From contig OW818679.1 of assembly GCA_942493145.1 (NCBI GenBank), forward strand, positions 4,062,584-4,126,583: a stretch of DNA of 64,000 nt, given 5' to 3'. The notes under the pieces are model-generated. The model had not been told where the DNA came from and ran no database searches. It worked only from the letters and a program-made list of their open reading frames with translations. This DNA is from an uncultured Bacillota bacterium. Lineage in GTDB: Bacteria > Bacillota > Clostridia > Acetivibrionales > DTU013. Shown piece by piece: positions 39,274-46,843 of this stretch (positions are counted from its first letter, which is position 1; each line of letters begins with the position of its first letter). Both the position numbers and the translations under genes were made by a program.

Positions 39274-40345
39274 CTATTTCTCGAAGCTAGAGTGTTTCCG
39301 AAGTATTGGTTCCGTTGAGTAGATGCTGTCGTGATACCCACATAAATACGTAGACCCTTTTTTTAATGATGATGTGCTGAAATCAGATAGATTTGGGGCA
39401 AAGACATGTGTTTGCCAGGTTGGTGTCGAGAGTGCAGACACACTTACTGTTCTGGGACTTGATGCTGTTGATGAACCATAAAACTTCCCTCCGCTGGTCA
39501 TATAAGACAGATTACTTATGGCAACAATATTGCTCAGTTCATAGTTAGTAGTTACAGCACCGGTTAACGTTTTAGTCGAACCAATATATCTGTATGTATA
39601 TTCCGAACTGCTTTCCCTCATTACCTGTGTCATTGTACCGTCTTTATATGCCCAGACAGTGCCGTCGGTTTTCAGGATTCTTAATGCATAAGAGGTGGTC
39701 GTCATTTTGTATGTAGTACCGCTTACTGTAAATGAAGACCCCTCTTCTACAGGAATAGTACCATAAACCATGTCCTGAATGTCGCTTCCGTCCAGTCCGG
39801 TTTAGGTGGCGTGCTTGCAGAACCTGGCGGTCGGATCATGGTTGTAGTTCCGGCACGGTTGTCTGGCACCTGTGTCCGGGCAAACTGCCCCACGTCCAAA
39901 CCCTGTTGTCCGTTTCAGCGTGGTTTCATTTTGCCTGTATACTCGTGGAGTAGAATATCTTCTTTTATTGGTAGGTTAGGTATTGAACAAGGTTATATGC
40001 CTCTAACCACATGATTGCAGGATACCCTCCCAAATATTGTGCATCCCATGAATACTTACTCAACGGTCCGAGTATTCCGAAACAGGCATTCCCTTTTCCC
40101 CAAACCGTACCATCGTTCTTGAGAACTAAAAGCGTATTATCGCCGCCTGTGATTTGTTTTGCATTGGTCGTTATATCATTTGGACCGTAGTAGTAGGGCT
40201 GGAGACCTCCTGCTCCGATATAAACAAGCTGGTGAAACCTGCCGGAACCATGAATCTGGACTTTTCCGGCCGAGTCCAATGATATGATGTTGGAGCCACA
40301 TATAAAAGCATCCTTGTACGTCTTCCCCTGTCCTGTATATGTCAT
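39274..40345 (-). pseudogene. Fragmented RCC1-like repeat gene(s), with coding potential split across frames
   Basis: The fragments at 39965..40345 (ITGGDNTLLVLKNDGTVWGKGNACFGILG) and 39274..39771 (ILKTDGTVWAYKDG) look like RCC1 blades. The 39772-39964 spacer translates as DNRVWTWG... in a different frame. No single frame is open across the region. Confidence 0.45.
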
Positions 40346-40530
40346 ATTCGGATTTCCAATGGCAGGTGATTTTACGATATATCACTGTTAAAATTCACCG
40401 GTTGGAAGAAACCGTTCCTGCCACAGGTGGGGGAAGGGTGAAAATTTGTTGTTGAAGTACTACCCCGTACTCTCCATTTTCGGTGATTAGAGCTGTGAGT
40501 TGTTGGTGTATTGTGGTTACATCTTATAAT

Positions 40531-42141
40531 TTAAGCTCCCACAGCTCCACTTGCCGGTACATAAGAATAATAAGATCCATCATGGCGATAATAGGAGCTG
40601 TTGTTATATGCCCTGAATTTTATAAACTGTCCATCTTTTATTATGCTGCCTGCCTTAATACCGGTTGAGCCATCGTTGATAGTGTAATTCAAGTCAACAC
40701 TATTTGTATAGGCTGAAGATTTAAGAGAGCTTAGCTCTGATACAAGGCTTGTTAGTTTTGTTCCTGTATAGTCGGTGACAACGGACACATCGACAAGCTG
40801 CTTTTCTACAAGCGAAAAGCTTGCTGACGGTGCATTGTTGATACATTCTGCCCTGCCGTCGCATGCAGAAGTAAGGTAATCACTTTCAGAAACAAAGGAT
40901 ATTATTGTTTCCTGTCCGAATTCCTCTTTTACTTTTAGTGTTATCTTGTAGTTGCCGACCTCTGGAGCCTTTATCTCAATATCTTTGTCAGTACCGCTAT
41001 CTATTGATCCCATAACGGTTTCATCCGTGAAATCTCCGTCATTATCCGAATCGTAAAAGTATGTCCAGACCCTGCTCGATATGATATCCCCATCAGGGCT
41101 GTAGCTTTGGTCGGTTACATTTATGTAAGCCAGGTTGCTGTCCGCTGGATCGCGCATTACTGTCTCCGGTGCAAAAAACGCGGTTTCGGGTGGTGCGTCT
41201 TGTGCAATCCATATTGTCTTTGTGATAGTGTCGGAATACCCCAGGCTGTTATATACCGTAAGAGTTATATTGTAGGTTCCGGTCTTTTTTATAAGTATAT
41301 CCCTGCTCACATTTCCGTCCAATACTCCTTCATACTTAATATCGCTTACTGTACCTCCGGAAACAGGTGTTATAGTCCATTTTGTGAGACCTGTGTTGAT
41401 TGGATATGCTGCCGTACTGTAGCTCGTACTGGAATCAATGGTGAATTTTCTGTTTTCTTTCAGGCTTCCGGTTATAAAGCATGCGGCTTTCGGTTTGGGT
41501 GGCGTCACGGTTATTGTCTTACTTGTATAGGCTTGCTCCCCTGCTGAATCCATGACATACAGAACAATGTCATACGTCCCTGTATATAGATATGTTACAT
41601 TGCCCGAACCCGTTTCCATCGCCGTCTCTACGGCGCCGCCCAGTTCCCAGTAATAATAGACAATGGCACCATTGGGCGATGATGACCTGTAGCCGTTTAT
41701 GGAAACACTACTGCCTGCCTCGAAACTGTTGGGGGCGGTAATGACTGCCGTTGGTTCACCAAGTACAGGTACAGCAGCCTTGTAGAATTCTGTTTCTGTA
41801 TAGGTTGAGTTTTGCAGTTGGGCATCGGAGCCCACATTAGCCTTGAATTTAGCGACTGCAGTGATCTTAATCTTCTGCAAATATGAATTTACACTGAATT
41901 TGCTTTTGTCTACCGTAAAGGTATGGCTTATTGAAGAAGTCAGGCTTCCACCGGAAAGGACGGAGGACTGCACTGTTGAATCCTCTCCATCAAGCTTTGC
42001 ATACCATGTCCATGAGGCAACATTTGCTGCGTTTGTATATTGCTTTAAAGCTGCGTTGGCGGTAATCGTTATTGTTTCATTTGATGTACCCGTAATCTGT
42101 TTGCTGTATGGACTTGCTGTTGCCACAACCTCAAGTATCAC
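40531..42141 (-). CDS. Cargo protein made of several PKD-like Ig repeats
   Basis: The repeats have GTYDIVLYVMDSAGEQAYTSKTITV, TGTYNITLTVYNSLGYSDTITKTIWI and VGNYKITLKVKEEFGQETI signatures. The ORF begins at GTG without an RBS or signal peptide. The frame stays open upstream (..PDLKPNRHKAKP), which suggests a truncated N-terminus. Confidence 0.65.
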   Translation of the reverse strand: MILEVVATASPYSKQITGTSNETITITANAALKQYTNAANVASWTWYAKLDGEDSTVQSSVLSGGSLTSSISHTFTVDKSKFSVNSYLQKIKITAVAKFKANVGSDAQLQNSTYTETEFYKAAVPVLGEPTAVITAPNSFEAGSSVSINGYRSSSPNGAIVYYYWELGGAVETAMETGSGNVTYLYTGTYDIVLYVMDSAGEQAYTSKTITVTPPKPKAACFITGSLKENRKFTIDSSTSYSTAAYPINTGLTKWTITPVSGGTVSDIKYEGVLDGNVSRDILIKKTGTYNITLTVYNSLGYSDTITKTIWIAQDAPPETAFFAPETVMRDPADSNLAYINVTDQSYSPDGDIISSRVWTYFYDSDNDGDFTDETVMGSIDSGTDKDIEIKAPEVGNYKITLKVKEEFGQETIISFVSESDYLTSACDGRAECINNAPSASFSLVEKQLVDVSVVTDYTGTKLTSLVSELSSLKSSAYTNSVDLNYTINDGSTGIKAGSIIKDGQFIKFRAYNNSSYYRHDGSYYSYVPASGAVGA

Positions 42142-42167
42142 TGGTTTGGCTTTATGACGGTTTGGTT

Positions 42168-42940
42168 TTAGATCCGGCAGCAGTAGGGCATCCCCATTTT
42201 CGACTCAGGCCGTCCCGTGTGTCGGGTTAAGTCCAGGTCGTTGAAGAGATGAATACCGGTCGTAGATTGCCGACAGGGGCCGTTAGCACCTGATTCTTGA
42301 TGCTTTTCGTGGTCGCATTTGGCAGTGCCGGACAGTTCTGTTGTCGGTGCCATTGTTTGTGCTGTTTGGTGTTGATACGGTGCACGCCAGTTTTGGAGTC
42401 CCCATTGAGGGGCCTGTAAGGGTTGCATACCTAAGCTTGTTATGGTAATATTTCGGTGAAAGAGAAAGCCGGTGTTCCATGTGGGAAGGTCTACTTTTGC
42501 CTTATTTACACCGCCTGATGTACTGTAACTGAGGTGTTTCGTTCCAGAATAGGCAGAGGAGCTTAAGTTGGTTTTTTTGATCTGTTCGATTTGTCCCTAT
42601 TTGTCAGATCATCACTATCCCCATATAGGAGCCACCCCCCCTGAATCGGGGAAAATTTTTTGTAACCTTAGTTCCATTGTAGGAATAACCAAGATATCGA
42701 TATTCAATTGTGCCATTATGGTTTGGGATTGAATCACCCGTGGCAGTATCTCCAAAAGGCGAACCGTAAACAATCTGGTTATCATACTTAAGGTAAGTAG
42801 AAAAATTAGCCTCATAAAGTTGGTTGCTGCTCATTGTTGAGCCATACAACCCGTTTAAATAAGTCGCGAATTGCTCGTAAGTTGTAAATGGAGAAAATAG
42901 GGTAACAAATATTTTTTTTCTTTTCTTTTATTCACCCGCC
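42168..42940 (-). pseudogene. Decayed coding region (frame-hopping fragments), including an 81-aa fragment at 42604..42849
   Basis: Plausible peptide stretches alternate among all three minus frames (YATLTGPSMGTPKLACTVSTPNSTNNGTDN / TKSIKNQVLTAPVGNLRPVFISSTTW / ...). An A8 run at 42912-42919 separates a GTG-MNKRKEKK start from the downstream FVTLFSPFTTYEQF...YGSTMSSNQ frame. Confidence 0.4.
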
Positions 42941-42972
42941 CTTTTTCAAGATAGGAGAATAAAGGTGTTTGA

Positions 42973-43452
42973 CTAGCGCAAATGTTTCCTCATATTTCCA
43001 AACAATTTCGTTTCCTTGTCGTTTATTTGTGCGTAGTACCTTGAATCTTCGCTCTTAAAGTCCCTTACATATTTTTCATAAACATACTTATATATTTCTG
43101 TACCTGTCGTTTTCCCAAACAAAGCTACTAGAGAATCCCTGAGCTTCTTTTCAAAGTATGGGCTGCTTAAGCTGTCCTGGTATTCATATCCCCAATAGAG
43201 CTGGTTGACATCCAAGCTGACAACTACCTTGTCGGAGAATGATGTATATTGAGAATCTGTTTTTGCATTCCAGTACTCGTCATCATAAAACTTAAAATCG
43301 AAGTATGTTGCATTTACTTGCGTCTGAAGCTCCCCTTTGCGTCCTTTTTCGAGCCATTTAAACTGTTCGAATTTGCCTTTGTTTCTTTCGCCTTCACTAC
43401 CTTTCCTCTCAGCCAACACCTTCTCAAATTTATTTGCCTTTTTTGGATTCAT
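42973..43452 (-). CDS. Hypothetical cargo protein (159 aa)
   Basis: The ORF is intact, and its ATG overlaps the upstream stop (ATGA), which suggests translational coupling. No family recognised. Confidence 0.5.
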   Translation of the reverse strand: MNPKKANKFEKVLAERKGSEGERNKGKFEQFKWLEKGRKGELQTQVNATYFDFKFYDDEYWNAKTDSQYTSFSDKVVVSLDVNQLYWGYEYQDSLSSPYFEKKLRDSLVALFGKTTGTEIYKYVYEKYVRDFKSEDSRYYAQINDKETKLFGNMRKHLR

Positions 43453-43967
43453 TCTTCAGAAACGACCTTATCCGTAAATGGTATGCTGCCGTATTCATCC
43501 TTGAACACAAGCCTCCTGTTCACCGTATCAAAGTCATAATATTGGTTTGAGGTATGATCTGCATTGAACACCTTGGCAAGGAAATCTTCATCACTCATTG
43601 AACTGAACTCGCCGAGGTTATATATCCTGATTTCATCGTGCTTCTGGCTCTCTATCCACTGCACCGTGTACCCAAAGGCTTCAAAGGCATAACGAATCGG
43701 TATGTAAGTCCGGTTCACCGTTGGATCGATAATGGTCTTTGTATCCATGGTATAAGCTGTATCGTTTATGTAATACGTGGTGCTGCCCAGAGGGAATTTG
43801 ACCGTAGATCCGTTAAATTCTCCTACAGCTGTCCTGGTTACAGCATCCCATGAAACCACAGCACCAAGTGCCTCTAAAAGATCCCTGAAAGGGTAAAGTG
43901 TCCGGCCGTGTTTTACATCCGACAGTATGGGCAGGGTCAGGTTCTGTTTCTCACTGTTAATATACAC
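43449..43967 (-). CDS. Copper-amine-oxidase N-terminal-domain-like ('stalk' domain) protein whose leader region appears disrupted
   Basis: GRTLYPFRDLLEALGAVVSWD...TYIPIRYAFEAFGYTVQW is the typical two-lobed repeat of this domain. The tracked start is GTG. A signal-peptide-like reading upstream (43968-44122) contains in-frame stops. Confidence 0.55.
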   Translation of the reverse strand: MYINSEKQNLTLPILSDVKHGRTLYPFRDLLEALGAVVSWDAVTRTAVGEFNGSTVKFPLGSTTYYINDTAYTMDTKTIIDPTVNRTYIPIRYAFEAFGYTVQWIESQKHDEIRIYNLGEFSSMSDEDFLAKVFNADHTSNQYYDFDTVNRRLVFKDEYGSIPFTDKVVSEE

Positions 43968-44277
43968 CGTTATCGGCCGGGTTCGCGTGTAGGATACCCC
44001 TGCTCGGATTCAGCTTCTCATTTAATCTGCTGCATTTTGGTAGAGCGAAAGCCGGAGCCCGCAAACGCTGAAAGTAAAATCGATACTGTAAATAAATATT
44101 ACAGTCTTGAAGTATTTTTTGAAAACATAGTAGTCTCCTTTTGATGTATTTTTTTGTTTAATGCAAATGTAGTCATTCCCTATAATGTAAAATATTTACT
44201 TTATCATAATAACAAATATTTTTCTGCCTTTCAATCTTTTTCGACATTGAATAGAAAATTTTTCCTATATTTCTCAG

Positions 44278-44305
44278 TACAAAAAAAGGACCGGCATGGT
44301 CCTTT
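44278..44305 (-). terminator. Terminator just inside the right end of the element, downstream of the truncated spoIIID 5' ORF
   Basis: On the minus strand, aaaggacc atgcc ggtccttt (8-bp stem) is followed by a T run (plus-strand A7 at 44281-44287). Confidence 0.55.
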
Positions 44306-44318
44306 TCAAACCTCTCTA

Positions 44319-44453
44319 TTATGTTACAACCGTGTGGACGGTGCTTTTACTTATTCCAAATTTCCTTGCCGCCGCCCTTACTGTAGTTTTCTTCTCAATG
44401 ATATAATTGGCCAGTTCAACTGCCCTTTCTTCAATATATCCTTTCAACTGCAT
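44319..44453 (-). CDS. spoIIID: spoIIID 5' segment (40 native codons, then 4 element-encoded codons and a stop)
   Basis: Not in the ORF track. ATG 44453 follows GAGGGGG. The translation is MQLKGYIEERAVELANYIIEKKTTVRAAARKFGISKSTVH, then TVVT*. The native part is the SpoIIID HTH up to the SKSTVH recognition helix. Confidence 0.85.
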   Translation of the reverse strand: MQLKGYIEERAVELANYIIEKKTTVRAAARKFGISKSTVHTVVT

Positions 44454-44548
44454 ATACCCCCTCTAAAAGTCATACCTTGGGAAAAGTATAGCTCAGGCGT
44501 TTTGCCACCAGCTGCTTTCAGGCTTTGTAACTCAAGTCTTCCATTGTA

Positions 44549-44577
44549 TATATATGCCTTTAAAATTAACGATATGA
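44549..44577 (-). promoter_or_regulatory. Sigma-E-like promoter upstream of spoIIID
   Basis: The minus strand reads tCATATc, 14 nt, then CATATATA. The remembered sigma-E consensus is ATATT-N14-CATACAnT. The element lies about 95 nt upstream of the start codon. Confidence 0.4.
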
Positions 44578-44580
44578 ATC

Positions 44581-44627
44581 AAAAGATAAGAAAACCGTGC
44601 AAAATCAACTGATTCCACACGGTTTCC
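44581..44627 (-). terminator. Terminator after the spoIIQ-like gene
   Basis: On the minus strand, GGAAACCGTG-(18 nt)-CACGGTTTTC is followed by TTATCTTTT. Confidence 0.5.
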
Positions 44628-44649
44628 GAATTATTCGAATATGTTCATA

Positions 44650-45663
44650 TCAACTGCTTTCCTCCTGGCTTAATGGCAGGTATGCTAACGGGTCCACTGC
44701 AATATCGTCGATGAGGACTTCAAAATGAAGGTGTGATTGTTCAATAGACTCAAATGAAGCCGTATCTCCAATACTTCCGATCACTTCGCCCTGTTCCACC
44801 TTCTGGTTCACCGCAACCGCTTCGTCGGATGCCAGGTTTGCATAGACTGTCTTCAAACCATTTTCATGATCAATAACAATCACAACGCCATAACGAGGAT
44901 CGTTTTTTATTGCACTAACAACTCCGGCAGCAGCAGCTTTGACTGCGTCACCCCTGTCAGCGCCTATATCCAGCCCTTCATGTGTCCTCCATTCTTCAAG
45001 GGTTCTTGAATAGAGGAGCTTGTCCTTTGCATATTCAAAGGTTATCTCCCCGAAGACTGGCATTATAAGCTCCTCCTTTACCATCGCTGTACCGGAGGCC
45101 GATTTTGAAGTCTCTGATGCAACTGCCATCGATGAAGTCGCCTTATCCGTTGCTGCTGTCTTCTTGCCGTCATCTGCTGTCAATGCCGAATCAGTCTCAG
45201 CCGTTCCAGTATTTGTGGCTGTCTTGCCTGCATCAGCCACGATACCTGAAGTTGATCCGGTAACAGAGTCAGTACCCGTAGCCGAAGCTGGATCTGATGC
45301 TATCATACCCGTTACTCCACCTGTGCCTGAAGCCGAATCAGCTGCTTTTGCGGGTCCTTCCGCTGCTGTCACACCGGCAGCCATGGACGGATCAGTGTTA
45401 TCAGCTTCAGATATTGAAGATGTTGCAGTCCCGTCTGCCAGGGAATCTTCAAGGCCATTTCCCTCGACTTGATCAGCCATGATCTCATCCGGATTGTAAT
45501 CAAACTCATTCAGCGAGGTACTGCGGGTCGTCACGTAGATCAACGTCCCTCCAACAATAGCGATGCAAAGCAGCAACACTACATAGAAGCCCCTTTTATC
45601 CAAAAATTCCATTACTTTTTTCCTACGGGTTTTTTCTTCCGGAAACAATTTTTTCATGTCCAC
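44650..45663 (-). CDS. spoIIQ: Membrane-anchored M23 (LytM) peptidase-domain protein in the SpoIIQ position
   Basis: An N-terminal TM helix (FYVVLLLCIAIVGGTLIYV) is followed by a ~130-aa S/T/A/G-rich linker and a C-terminal LytM domain with HEGLD (HxxxD) and SHLHFEV (HxH). It lies between spoIID and spoIIID, as in other Clostridia. The start is ambiguous (GTG 45663, ATG 45657 or the tracked 45672). Confidence 0.65.
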   Translation of the reverse strand: MDMKKLFPEEKTRRKKVMEFLDKRGFYVVLLLCIAIVGGTLIYVTTRSTSLNEFDYNPDEIMADQVEGNGLEDSLADGTATSSISEADNTDPSMAAGVTAAEGPAKAADSASGTGGVTGMIASDPASATGTDSVTGSTSGIVADAGKTATNTGTAETDSALTADDGKKTAATDKATSSMAVASETSKSASGTAMVKEELIMPVFGEITFEYAKDKLLYSRTLEEWRTHEGLDIGADRGDAVKAAAAGVVSAIKNDPRYGVVIVIDHENGLKTVYANLASDEAVAVNQKVEQGEVIGSIGDTASFESIEQSHLHFEVLIDDIAVDPLAYLPLSQEESS

Positions 45664-45726
45664 AGTTTCCACCTCCTTGTAATATTGTTGCCTTTTATGG
45701 TACCAATATACATTGGAGGTAATTTT

Positions 45727-46749
45727 TTAATTGCTCAACTTTCCCACCTGCTGATTTATTACAACCAGGTCGACGCCAATATAGTAATACTTGAGTATCT
45801 CGCTGTATATGCCTCCCCTTTTGGCAAGATAATTTGCCCCATACTGGCTCATCCCTACACCGTGGCCATACCCATAGGTTGTTATTGTAAGGGTTTCCTT
45901 ATCTGTTTTTTCAATTGCAAAATTGGCTGATTTAAGTTCAAAGAGCACCCGGAATTCGGTACCTTTCATTTCTACATCTGCTACCTTCAAAGTGTCTACC
46001 CTTCCTCCCGAGGTATGGTCAATGATTTTTATACACCTGGGTACATCAATAGCCTCAATATCAATTCCAGGATAAGCGTTATTCATTTTTTTAACAAAGT
46101 CCTTGATTTTTATCTTTATAACATTTCTATATGCTTTAGAGTCCTCTTCTCCCCTGCTTACAACACTCCTGAGATAAGGCACACTAACTCCCTCCCAGAC
46201 TTCTTCACAGTTTTCAGTCCTTCCACCGCTGTTTGAATGGAAAAGTGCATTTGCCGTTTCACCTTCATATTCCAACACTACACCCTTTGTCCCATTTACG
46301 GCCTTTTCTATCCTGCTCCAGTTTCGTGAAGCAAACAGGATACCCCACTTCTTTTTAGCTTCTGCCTTGCTGATCCATGCCTGGCAATGACACGGGTTGG
46401 TACATATGGGTATACCGTCGTGGTCTCCTTCTTTGCATTTGTATGTGCCATTAAGTCTTCCGTATGCAAATGTTCGCGCCGCAACCGCTTGTGCCTTCAA
46501 TGCCTCCAATTCAAAATCCGCCGGCATCTCAGCTGCTACAACCCCTTTTATATATTCTTCCAGGTCCATTATTACCTGCTTTTTTATAACATGATCATAT
46601 ATATTTATTGTCGTTGAATCTACTGTCGGCTGTTCTTTAGCTTTATAAGGCTCATTTTCTACAGACGCCCCGCATCCTCTGACCATTGCCAACGGCAGAA
46701 TAATGATGACCGCCAACATAACAATTGCATATCCCATCAGCTTTTTCAT
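45727..46749 (-). CDS. spoIID: Stage II sporulation protein D (lytic transglycosylase)
   Basis: The protein has a signal anchor and the SpoIID/LytB-domain signatures EMPADFELEALKAQAVAARTFAY, LFHSNSGGRTEN and GHGVGMSQYGANYLA. Confidence 0.9.
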   Translation of the reverse strand: MKKLMGYAIVMLAVIIILPLAMVRGCGASVENEPYKAKEQPTVDSTTINIYDHVIKKQVIMDLEEYIKGVVAAEMPADFELEALKAQAVAARTFAYGRLNGTYKCKEGDHDGIPICTNPCHCQAWISKAEAKKKWGILFASRNWSRIEKAVNGTKGVVLEYEGETANALFHSNSGGRTENCEEVWEGVSVPYLRSVVSRGEEDSKAYRNVIKIKIKDFVKKMNNAYPGIDIEAIDVPRCIKIIDHTSGGRVDTLKVADVEMKGTEFRVLFELKSANFAIEKTDKETLTITTYGYGHGVGMSQYGANYLAKRGGIYSEILKYYYIGVDLVVINQQVGKLSN

Positions 46750-46843
46750 ATTGCCTCCATATTACGGGATTAAAATACAATTAATTATATTCAGCGGTCA
46801 TGTAATTAATTACCTACTTGTCCTTATATCTTCCTTAACCCTG

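Larger units (their letters stand above)
35470..44342 (-). mobile_element. spoIIID-intervening element (skin-like), 8,873 bp, bounded by a 9-bp direct repeat GTGGACGGT (35461-35469 and 44334-44342)
   Basis: It interrupts a conserved single-copy gene in frame. A large serine recombinase lies 37 nt from the left junction. The element-side arms form an imperfect dyad when joined. Joining the flanks restores an 89-aa SpoIIID ORF. Confidence 0.85.

Noticed and set aside
37431-43967. The cargo as a diversity-generating retroelement target set (Ig/PKD-type proteins) or as an intact prophage
   Set aside because: The window contains no reverse transcriptase and no obvious template/variable repeat pair. 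It also lacks capsid, portal, terminase, lysis and repressor genes. Several cargo ORFs are broken.
44154-44612. 152-aa plus-strand ORF across the element/host junction
   Set aside because: It is antisense to the spoIIID 5' segment and its promoter. It is AT-rich and low-complexity, has no RBS, and spans the att core, so it cannot be a conserved gene.
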